From the IMG/VR virus record IMGVR_UViG_3300024258_000016: a stretch of DNA of 64,000 nt; one strand, 5' to 3'. Source of the stretch: an uncultured virus (IMG/VR IMGVR_UViG_3300024258_000016). Lineage: Duplodnaviria; Heunggongvirae; Uroviricota; Caudoviricetes. Shown here one piece after another: positions 1 through 7,359 of this stretch. Numbering within the stretch: the first letter of the stretch is position 1; each line of letters begins with the position of its first letter. Under the pieces are notes generated by a model that saw only the letters and a program-made list of their open reading frames with translations, ran no database searches and had not been told where the DNA came from. Position numbers and translations under genes: made by a program.

Positions 1-15
1 GTTTTGGCAGGATTG

Positions 16-546
16 TCAGACCTTGAGCAACTTGTACTTGATACCGTCAATCTCGACAAGGCGATCTTCGCAAGTATTGGCATTTCGCTTGGCAATCTCG
101 GTGTTATAGTCATGCTCGGTATAACATTCTCCATCAAGATACCAATCTTTGTCACCATTGGCATATTCACAGGCAGGGCCGTCAATGCGGTGACACTTGT
201 CATTTTGATACCAAAATTTGTCACCATTGGCAGATTCAACGGCAGGGCCGTCAATGCGGTGACACTTGCCATTTTGATACCAAGATTTGTCACCATTGGC
301 ATGTTCAACGGCAGGGCCGTCAATGCGGTGACGCTTGCCATTTTGATACCAATGTTTGTCACCATTGACATATTCAACGGCAGGGCCGTCAATGCGGTGA
401 CGCTTGCCATTTTGATACCAATGTTTGTCACCATTGACATATTCAACGGCAGGGCCGTCAATGCGGTGAAACTTGTCATTTTGACACCAAAATTTGTCAC
501 CATTGGCATACACTCTCACTTCATATGTCTCGAAATTCGCCATCAT
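16..546 (-). CDS. [13 protein letters not shown] protein, 5 units, N-cap type A (locus R1)
   Basis: 23-aa repeat WYQNGKxHRIDGPAxExxNGDKx; RBS GAGG and promoter upstream. Confidence 0.9.
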   Translation of the reverse strand: MMANFETYEVRVYANGDKFWCQNDKFHRIDGPAVEYVNGDKHWYQNGKRHRIDGPAVEYVNGDKHWYQNGKRHRIDGPAVEHANGDKSWYQNGKCHRIDGPAVESANGDKFWYQNDKCHRIDGPACEYANGDKDWYLDGECYTEHDYNTEIAKRNANTCEDRLVEIDGIKYKLLKV

Positions 547-582
547 TGCCTCGTTTGTTATTTCTTGACCGTTTCTAGATAC

Positions 583-611
583 ATGATACTACGGGATGAC
601 CGTCAAGTCAA
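583..611 (-). promoter_or_regulatory. sigma70-type early promoter repeat
   Basis: TTGACT-17bp-TATCAT on minus strand, followed by conserved leader GTATCTAGAAACGGTC. Confidence 0.85.
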
Positions 612-620
612 GGGGAAAGT

Positions 621-899
621 TTAAATGTTAATGAGGTCTAGTAGCCATCTGACCCTAAACTGACAATTCCAACGATCAGAGATATACTCAAGAGTGAGCT
701 TGATTTGCTCTAAATCGAAGTAACCATAAGTTTCCACTCCAGGTCGATAATCGTTTTCTTCTGATGCTTGTTCACAGTTTGCAATTACAAGTTCTTTCTC
801 TATAGTTCGTAGTTCTGCCTGAATCTGTCCTAAAGTAGCATCTTCAAGGAATTTATCCTCTACAAACTTATCCCACAAGATAGCTTTGATTTTATCCAT
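621..899 (-). CDS. hypothetical protein (single-gene promoter cassette)
   Basis: ATG with GAGG RBS, lies between two promoter repeats. Confidence 0.75.
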   Translation of the reverse strand: MDKIKAILWDKFVEDKFLEDATLGQIQAELRTIEKELVIANCEQASEENDYRPGVETYGYFDLEQIKLTLEYISDRWNCQFRVRWLLDLINI

Positions 900-937
900 T
901 TCTTTTTCCTCTCTTCTCGACCGTTTCTAGATAATAC

Positions 938-966
938 ATGATACCACAGGATGACCGTCAAGTCAA
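938..966 (-). promoter_or_regulatory. sigma70-type early promoter repeat
   Basis: TTGACT-17bp-TATCAT, near-identical to 583-611. Confidence 0.85.
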
Positions 967-985
967 GGAGAAAGTTTTGGCAGGA

Positions 986-1381
986 TTAGCAAGCCTTGAT
1001 CAGCTTGTACTTGATACCGTCAATCTCGACAAGGCGATCTTCGCAAGTATTGGCATTTCGCTTGGCAATCTCGGTGTTATAGTCATGCTCGGTATAGCAT
1101 TCTCCATCAAGATACCAATATTTGTCACCATTGACATATTCAATGGCAGGGCCGTCAATGCGGTGAAACTTGCCATTTTGATACCAAACTTTGGTACCAT
1201 TGATATATTCAATGGCAGGGCCGTCAATGCGGTGATACTCGCCATTTTGATACCAAAATTTGTCACCACTGGCACATTCAACGGCAGGGCCGTCAATGCG
1301 GTGACAATTGCCATTTTGATACCAACATTTGGTACCATTGGCATACACTCTCACTTCATATGTCTCGAAATTCGCCATCAT
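986..1381 (-). CDS. [13 protein letters not shown] protein, 3 units, N-cap type A (locus R2)
   Basis: N- and C-terminal caps near-identical to R1, different internal modules. Confidence 0.9.
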   Translation of the reverse strand: MMANFETYEVRVYANGTKCWYQNGNCHRIDGPAVECASGDKFWYQNGEYHRIDGPAIEYINGTKVWYQNGKFHRIDGPAIEYVNGDKYWYLDGECYTEHDYNTEIAKRNANTCEDRLVEIDGIKYKLIKAC

Positions 1382-1405
1382 TGCCTCTTGCTCTTCTATC
1401 TGTTA

Positions 1406-1753
1406 TCATTTATTGCCAATCTTGACACAACCTTCCTTTCTGGCATTCCAAATGTCGCCAATAGGATAACGACCATTCTTACCGCGCTTCTCAAGTAGTT
1501 CGACTCTGAACGTTTTGACGTTAATCTTGAGAACTTTGGCTCTTGTCTTTTCCCCATTCTCTGTTCCGAAGCGAACGATATCTCCGACATTAATGGTTTT
1601 GGCCATCATCCCGATGTAGATATCAATCTCCTCTTTGAGAGATTTGATAATTTCCATCATGTGATTGGCTTCGGCAGGTCTTTCACAAAGAGCGTCAAGC
1701 AATCCAGTTGCTCGAATCATCAAAGCCATTTCGTTAGTCATCTTATTCTCCAA
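1406..1753 (-). CDS. hypothetical protein with C-terminal SH3/KOW-like segment, paralogue of 2727..3044
   Basis: shared GDxVxFGTxxGEKTxxKVxKIN...RGKNGRYPIG; start uncertain. Confidence 0.75.
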   Translation of the reverse strand: MENKMTNEMALMIRATGLLDALCERPAEANHMMEIIKSLKEEIDIYIGMMAKTINVGDIVRFGTENGEKTRAKVLKINVKTFRVELLEKRGKNGRYPIGDIWNARKEGCVKIGNK

Positions 1754-1782
1754 ACTCGTTCAATCCCTCAACCTCATGCCCT

Positions 1783-1811
1783 ATAGTATCACAAGGCAGT
1801 CCACAAGTCAA
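1783..1811 (-). promoter_or_regulatory. sigma70-type early promoter repeat
   Basis: TTGACT-17bp-TACTAT, leader AGGGCATGAGGTTGAGG. Confidence 0.8.
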
Positions 1812-1857
1812 GGGAAAAGAATTGGCGAGACAAACAAGTTTTGAACTACCTTCCAAG

Positions 1858-1929
1858 TCAGAACATTAGGACTCGAACCTAAAAAATCACGATCCAGACG
1901 TGAGATGTTCCCAATTACATCATGTTCTG
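1858..1929 (-). tRNA. tRNA-Pro(UGG), atypical anticodon loop
   Basis: cloverleaf: CAGAACA/TGTTCTG acceptor, TCACG-TCTGGAT-CGTGA, TTAGG-TTCGAGT-CCTAA. Confidence 0.7.
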
Positions 1930-1940
1930 ATAAATTAAAG

Positions 1941-2015
1941 TACCTGCCGTTGAAATCGAATCAACTACCTCTAGATTCACAGTCTAGCGTTCAGCCTAAT
2001 GAACTTGAACAGGCA
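1941..2015 (-). tRNA. tRNA-His(GUG)
   Basis: CTAGA-CTGTGAA-TCTAG anticodon arm, GTTGA-TTCGATT-TCAAC T arm. Confidence 0.8.
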
Positions 2016-2024
2016 TAAAAATAG

Positions 2025-2097
2025 ATCTTCCTGTTGAATTTGAATCAACCTATCAGGATTCAGAGTCCTGCGCTCTAGCCAACTGAGCTAAGGAAGA
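2025..2097 (-). tRNA. tRNA-Gln(CUG)
   Basis: TCTTCCT/AGGAAGA acceptor, CAGGA-CTCTGAA-TCCTG. Confidence 0.88.
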
Positions 2098-2104
2098 ACA
2101 AAAA

Positions 2105-2191
2105 TGGTGGCCCGTGAAGGGATCGAACCTTCATGGATTTCTCCGGTGGTTTCTAAGACCACTGCGTATACCAAAATTCCACCAACGGGCC
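2105..2191 (-). tRNA. tRNA-Leu(UAG)
   Basis: GTGGT-CTTAGAA-ACCAC, long variable arm, encoded CCA. Confidence 0.92.
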
Positions 2192-2205
2192 ATAATTGTC
2201 AATAG

Positions 2206-2290
2206 TGACGCAGGAGAGACTTGAACTCTCAATCCGCTAAAGGCAAGAGATTTTGAGTCTCTCGTGTATTTCCATTTCCACCACTGCGCC
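2206..2290 (-). tRNA. tRNA-Leu(CAA)
   Basis: AGAGA-CTCAAAA-TCTCT, long variable arm. Confidence 0.9.
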
Positions 2291-2299
2291 TTATATCCC

Positions 2300-2715
2300 C
2301 TACATAGTATCAAATTTGCTTAAATGGCCCCCACATCGCCTTTAAACTGATCATCCCACTATAGAGTATAATAGATGATCTTTCCTTCTCTGCTGTTATG
2401 GCCCCAAACACGCCTAACAACGGGTTGTCACTTACGAAACTGCTTCATAACAATACAAAGCGCGCTTGACAACCTTACCCCGATTCAAAGATAACCTTTA
2501 CTCGTGACGATTTGGTGTAGTTTCATGTGATTCAAGGATTACTCTTGGCCTTTGGGGCAACATCACACAATCAACCAAATGGTCGATAGACAGGATTTTA
2601 ATCTATTCTTCTATAAGAGCCGTGATGAATGGTTCCAACTAAAGTCATCATCATCTATTCTAGTTGGTATCTTATCTACAATACGAACTTGGGCATCTCA
2701 CCAAGGGTATTGTTT
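2300..2715 (-). ncRNA. candidate large structured ncRNA upstream of tRNA cluster
   Basis: no credible minus-strand ORF; many complementary segments (ACAATAC/GTATTGT, CCAACTA/TAGTTGG, ATTTGGT/ACCAAAT, GGTTGTCA/TGACAACC, GATCATC/GATGATC, GCCCCAAA/TTTGGGGC). Confidence 0.55.
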
Positions 2716-2726
2716 TTACTTCCTCT

Positions 2727-3044
2727 CTAGCACTTCTCGCACATGGCCTTGGCTACGCGCCAAGGTGTGCCAATCGGATAACGACCGTTCTTGCCGCGAA
2801 TCTCAAGAAGCTCCAGATTGTAGGTCTTCTGATTGATCTTGACAACCTTTCCCTTTGTCTTCTCTCCCGTCTTTGTCCCGAAGATGACAGTATCGCCAAG
2901 CTCAATGACGTTGGCGGTCATCTCCAAATAGAGATCGATCTCGTTTCGAAGGTCTCGCATACCATCTTCAGTATCAAAAGGATCCTCAAGAATGTCGTTG
3001 AACATATCGCGGCACTTGTCAAGGAGAATTCGGTCTGCGCTCAT
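2727..3044 (-). CDS. hypothetical protein, paralogue of 1406..1753
   Basis: RBS GAGGT; shared C-terminal domain; promoter at 3097-3125. Confidence 0.8.
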   Translation of the reverse strand: MSADRILLDKCRDMFNDILEDPFDTEDGMRDLRNEIDLYLEMTANVIELGDTVIFGTKTGEKTKGKVVKINQKTYNLELLEIRGKNGRYPIGTPWRVAKAMCEKC

Positions 3045-3121
3045 AATGTTACCTCGATCACTCAGTTTTTGTTGCTTCCCTCACCAGGACAAGTACATCA
3101 TAACCCAAATCGGGCTGGGAG

Positions 3122-3325
3122 TCAAGGGAAAAGTTTTGTCACATTTACGTTGTTTTGCAGGAATCCAATGGAGAAAGTTTTAGGCTTATCTGGGAATAAA
3201 ACGATCTGATCATTTAAGATCTTCCACTCAATATAGAACTTCTTACGAGATTTCCCGACGATGACACCTGTAGATTTTCTGCCCGAAAATCTATAGCATA
3301 TGACCGAACCTATTTTAAGTTCCAT
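3122..3325 (-). CDS. small K-x-G-S/D family protein
   Basis: MELKIGSVI; RBS AGGAG; promoter TTGACA-17-TACCAT at 3364-3392. Confidence 0.7.
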   Translation of the reverse strand: MELKIGSVICYRFSGRKSTGVIVGKSRKKFYIEWKILNDQIVLFPDKPKTFSIGFLQNNVNVTKLFP

Positions 3326-3548
3326 TTCCTTTCTCCTTCGTTATTTCCTCAACCTCATGCACTATGGTAACACAAGATCGTCCCACTGTCAAGGGAAAAG
3401 AAATATCGGTAAACTGCTTCTAGACATTATGCAGTTCTTCGAGCGGCCAACTCTATATTATCACTTGTCATTCTAGGTTCAGACTGGCTCTCCACGAGCC
3501 AAAGGGGAATTGAACCCCAAAAGCAAAAAATACCCAATATGAATGAAG

Positions 3549-3624
3549 TTGCTGGTGCTGGAATCCAACCAGCTATCTCCTGAAATGTTGCCCCAGGCGG
3601 GATGTGGCATTTCCCTAACCAGCA
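3549..3624 (-). ncRNA. tRNA-like element with enlarged non-canonical anticodon loop
   Basis: TGCTGGT/ACCAGCA acceptor, GGGA/TCCC D stem, CCTGG-GGCAACATT-TCAGG, GCTGG-TTGGATT-CCAGC. Confidence 0.65.
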
Positions 3625-3632
3625 ATAAAAAT

Positions 3633-4071
3633 GGGCAGTTAAAGCTTGCCCAGGCATAATCAGCATCTCAAAATTAAAATTAAACTTGCAGTAGCTAACG
3701 AAATGGTTCCATAATCCTACCTAAGCCTAGTAATTATTAATGCCTTTATCAAAAGCGCGAAAGGTCAATAGAGTGAAGATTGTTGATCGGAGATCTTTGA
3801 CCGTAATAACCAATGGGGCTCTTGACCCATTTAACGTCACATGGACGAAGTAGTTTAAGAGGACTTACTTAGGTCTATCTATTACATAGTGAACAATGCA
3901 TTTTTCGTCAACCTTTATAACCACGACACAAATTGATACTACAAACAATTTCAAACAGTTTTGAGACTTGTTTGAGGTCTAAACTAAACCAAGACTGTCC
4001 ACAATCTAACCCCTAAATAATAATGCAGGTCAACAGTCGATGATGGGCAGTTTAGCGACAATGCCCAGGTC
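3633..4071 (-). repeat. four copies of a ~28-nt H-type pseudoknot motif (3633-3655, 3848-3876, 3951-3980, 4045-4071)
   Basis: GAC-CT-X-(A/TT)-GTC-..-AAAC-X' with X/X' = GGGCA/TGCCC, CAAACA/TGTTTG, AAGTA/TACTT. Confidence 0.7.
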
Positions 4072-4076
4072 AGATA

Positions 4077-4562
4077 CTAACCGTTCAGATTGGTGATCTG
4101 CTCCGCGACCTCATCCGAGAACTCCGAGATAGCATCGTCAGCGTCGAGAATCTCGACAGGCTCGCCATCGGTGGAATCCGCCTCAAGCTCGACCTCCACG
4201 TCAAGGTCGGAATCCGCATCCGTCTCGACGAAGCGATCCAGCGTGCCATCCTTCGAGAACGCCTTAATCGCCAGATCCTTGCCCTTGTTCGCCTTATAGC
4301 GACTCTCCAGGCCATCGGGCGTACCGAGGACAGTCACCGAAAGGTCATCCTCGATGAAAAGCAGGGTAAACAGACGATTCCCACCCGCCTCTTCTCGCGA
4401 CACATCAACAGGAACGCTCGACATGAAGAACCGATCCGCAAAAACCTTGCGACCGAGCGCAACCTTGCGAGCGGCGAAATCCTCCTTATTGAAGAAAGTA
4501 CCCTCGGCAGTGGTGTGAGCCTCACGAAACGCCTTGACCGAATCAAAACCAGTAAACGTCAT
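4077..4562 (-). CDS. hypothetical protein with acidic C-terminus, GC-rich codons
   Basis: RBS GGAGGT, 161 aa, preceded by four promoters. Confidence 0.85.
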   Translation of the reverse strand: MTFTGFDSVKAFREAHTTAEGTFFNKEDFAARKVALGRKVFADRFFMSSVPVDVSREEAGGNRLFTLLFIEDDLSVTVLGTPDGLESRYKANKGKDLAIKAFSKDGTLDRFVETDADSDLDVEVELEADSTDGEPVEILDADDAISEFSDEVAEQITNLNG

Positions 4563-4634
4563 AACAGAACCTCCAAAGAACCTAAACGAACATTTCGTGT
4601 CGGCAAAGCACCCGCTCCACCAACTTCATGACCC

Positions 4635-4894
4635 ATTCTACATCAAACAGGGCCGCTTGTCAAGGGGAAAAATCAACCGCCTCTTTGACGGCCCCTAACT
4701 TCCAAGAACATAGTACCACGAACCTACCGCCCTGTCAAGGAGAAAGTTTTCATCGTTTCAACGACCTTCCCTCACCAGGACAAGTACATCGTACCACAGC
4801 CCGAAGGCCCTGTCAACGAAAAAGTTTTCGTCGTTTCAACGGCCTTCCCTCACCAGGACAAGCACATCGTACCACAGCCCGAAGGCCCTGTCAA
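4635..4894 (-). promoter_or_regulatory. four tandem sigma70 promoters including a 78-bp direct duplication
   Basis: TTGACA-17-TAGAAT (4635-4663), -TACTAT (4710-4738), -TACGAT (4788-4816 and 4866-4894). Confidence 0.85.
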
Positions 4895-4903
4895 CGAAAA
4901 AGT

Positions 4904-5089
4904 TTAACCGACTTGCTTGACCTTCTCGATCTTGACAGAAAAGATCTCAAGGGTAAAATCCTCTCCACGCCTTAGTCCTGCATCTTTGACAGTATCGAAA
5001 ATCTTGGCACAATTGAGGTCTTCGGTCCAACCACAATAATTCTGTGCAAGGTAAAGACCATCTTGCCTATTTTGAAGTACAAACATCAT
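4904..5089 (-). CDS. hypothetical protein
   Basis: start at MMFVLQ after AGGAG; promoter at 5148-5176. Confidence 0.7.
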   Translation of the reverse strand: MMFVLQNRQDGLYLAQNYCGWTEDLNCAKIFDTVKDAGLRRGEDFTLEIFSVKIEKVKQVG

Positions 5090-5147
5090 TAACTCCTTTG
5101 TCTCAACCTTATCCAAGAATGACCCTTCATCCCCAACCTCATGCCCT

Positions 5148-5176
5148 ATAGTACCACAGGATGACGTGGCAGTCAA
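5148..5176 (-). promoter_or_regulatory. sigma70-type early promoter repeat
   Basis: TTGACT-GCCACGTCATCCTGTGG-TACTAT, identical to 5394-5422. Confidence 0.85.
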
Positions 5177-5189
5177 GGAGAAAATTTAA

Positions 5190-5348
5190 TCACAAAAACG
5201 CAGAAAGATTCCCATCCTCAAAGGCTTCGTCTACTCGATCTTCAACACACTCGCAAGGTTCGACAAAGAAAACTGTTTCCTCGTCTTCAAAGATGTTGTC
5301 CGATTTCACGGTCAAGGTTCTCTTACACTTGTTACATTTGAACTTCAT
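5190..5348 (-). CDS. 52-aa putative zinc-binding protein (not in ORF track)
   Basis: MKFKCNKCKRT...PCEC...; RBS GGAGG; own promoter. Confidence 0.7.
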   Translation of the reverse strand: MKFKCNKCKRTLTVKSDNIFEDEETVFFVEPCECVEDRVDEAFEDGNLSAFL

Positions 5349-5393
5349 TCTCTTTCCTCCAAACCTTGACTCAATTCCTCAACCTCATGCCCT

Positions 5394-5422
5394 ATAGTAC
5401 CACAGGATGACGTGGCAGTCAA
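5394..5422 (-). promoter_or_regulatory. sigma70-type early promoter repeat
   Basis: TTGACT-17bp-TACTAT. Confidence 0.85.
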
Positions 5423-5432
5423 GGAGAAAAAA

Positions 5433-5627
5433 TTATCGATTTTTAAAGTAGTCTACTACCCTAATCAGAATAAGGATTAAACTAACAATAGGCCAAGCAA
5501 ATGGTAAACACAGAAACATAATAAAAAGTGTCAATGCCTTCGTTGGTGTGTCCTCGTCGGTCTTGACAAGATACATGATCCCTGCAATCAAAGCAAAAAA
5601 GCATCCAAAGATAAAATAAAACGCCAT
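5433..5627 (-). CDS. small two-TM membrane protein
   Basis: two hydrophobic stretches; RBS GAGGT; promoter at 5664-5692. Confidence 0.75.
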   Translation of the reverse strand: MAFYFIFGCFFALIAGIMYLVKTDEDTPTKALTLFIMFLCLPFAWPIVSLILILIRVVDYFKNR

Positions 5628-5723
5628 ATTATAACCTCACCTGTTCTCAACTGGTTATGCTACATCATACCACGGCTTGACCGTCAAGTCAAGGGGGAAA
5701 AAATTACCATAAAATTACAAAGC

Positions 5724-6332
5724 TTATCCTTCTTGATTAAGTTGTTTCTTTACTTCTTCCCAAGAGAAGGGATAGAAATCATTTACATCAACTCCCACGT
5801 TAAAATGCTTTGGATAGTTATTCTCATTCGAGTTATGAATGTGACCATGGATAACTCGATCACAGTTATGCTGAATTAGCAATTGCATGGTTTTCATCCT
5901 TCTTCTCAAAGCTTTGTCTTCGATATCTTGAAGAAGAAATCCCACCTTACGATTGAGTACATCATCTACCGTCATTGTGTGATTATGAGCAGGATAATGA
6001 TTCAACATGTATCTGTTCTCGAATACGAATGATCTGTATGTCTCGGGAATGCCCATATTGGCCATCTTTCTCAGAGATAGGTCGTGGTTGCCCTTAATCA
6101 AAATGATGTGGCCATTTAGCCTGTTTCTGACGATATCAGATAACTCTTCTTGATACCTTGTCCAGCCAAAATCTCCAAGATGATAGATTGTATCTCCATC
6201 CTTGACAAGTTCGTTCCACCTTTCAATCATTGTCTCATTCATTTCTTCTAGAGAAGAGAAAGGTCGATTGCATAGTTTTATAATGTTATAGTGGCAAAAA
6301 TGATTATCCGATGTAAACCAAGTACTTGTCAT
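5724..6332 (-). CDS. calcineurin-like metallophosphoesterase
   Basis: SDNHF, LGDF, GNHD, HGHIH motifs. Confidence 0.92.
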   Translation of the reverse strand: MTSTWFTSDNHFCHYNIIKLCNRPFSSLEEMNETMIERWNELVKDGDTIYHLGDFGWTRYQEELSDIVRNRLNGHIILIKGNHDLSLRKMANMGIPETYRSFVFENRYMLNHYPAHNHTMTVDDVLNRKVGFLLQDIEDKALRRRMKTMQLLIQHNCDRVIHGHIHNSNENNYPKHFNVGVDVNDFYPFSWEEVKKQLNQEG

Positions 6333-6679
6333 GATGATATAATAATTACAATGCTAGGGAAAGATCGAACAAAACTTGTTTGATACCAATCTGTCATTTT
6401 GTTTTTTATATTTCTGATTTTAACCTTTTTCCTTGAATAGGAAATTGAAATGTCTACCACTAGAAGGATCTCTCCTCCTAAACACAGGATATCTCCTATT
6501 TTATATTGAATTGATTTATCTTCTGGTGGCATTTTCTATACAACTTGTGAAAGATAGGTGAGTTTTGGTTCCAACAGATAGTTTTGTCAAAATTGCAAAT
6601 AAAAAGTAAAACCAAAGGATCCAATGATCATCATGACTCCAAAGATTGCATGGTTCTTTTCTCTATTCATTTCTTTCTC

Positions 6680-7012
6680 CTAGAAGTCGTATTCGCTCAT
6701 TTCTTGCTCCATGTGTTCCATCATCTCACAAAATTCTACATAGTCGAGATGATCGTCATCAGCCTTGATGTTGACATTTTCGGCAATAACGACCTTATCG
6801 ATCCGACGCTCAAGACGACGAACACTCTTTTTGGCAACAACCTTCCCTTTGGGAGAATTAGTATCCCTCCAATCATCCCTACGGTGAACAGCACTAACGT
6901 AACTGTGGGAATAATCTCCACACTTACACTTACGATACGCTTCAATGCTAAGAAAATCTTCTGGTTTGGCGTTTTTGACCCAAAGAGGAACCTTTCGGAT
7001 AGTATTACTCAT
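6680..7012 (-). CDS. hypothetical protein, basic with acidic tail
   Basis: RBS GAGG, directly behind promoter 7048-7076. Confidence 0.7.
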   Translation of the reverse strand: MSNTIRKVPLWVKNAKPEDFLSIEAYRKCKCGDYSHSYVSAVHRRDDWRDTNSPKGKVVAKKSVRRLERRIDKVVIAENVNIKADDDHLDYVEFCEMMEHMEQEMSEYDF

Positions 7013-7047
7013 TCTTTCCTCTCTTGTTCTCGACCGTTTCTAGATAC

Positions 7048-7076
7048 ATGATACCACAGGATGACGTGGCAGTCAA
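7048..7076 (-). promoter_or_regulatory. sigma70-type early promoter repeat
   Basis: TTGACT-17bp-TATCAT, identical to 9091-9119. Confidence 0.85.
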
Positions 7077-7359
7077 GGAGAAAGTTATAGCAAGTCGATT
7101 ACAATTGATAGAAACTCTTCTTCTTTGATACTTGATGCAACCATAACCCAATGTCTATCATCTATCATTTCAAACTTAAGATCGCTTGCATAAAATTCAT
7201 CATAATAATAATCAACCCAATCAATCTCGAAAAAGAAATGTCCTTTTACCTTTTTCAATCCATAAACTGTTCCGTATTCTCTTGACTTGTAGTCGTAAAT
7301 TATTGTTCCGATCACTTTGCTTCGCATTTCATCAAATGTTGTTAACAAATGTGCCACCA

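Noticed and set aside
1822..1850. Additional tRNA ending ...GTCTCGCCA
   Set aside because: Only a 3' remnant with a broken T stem.
2131..2313. 60-aa ORF, and ORF 3427..3666
   Set aside because: They overlap tRNA or tRNA-like genes and lack an RBS.
3484..3520. tRNA/tmRNA 3' end (GGGG-TTCAATT-CCCC)
   Set aside because: Isolated T-arm-like hairpin with no matching 5' half or tag ORF.
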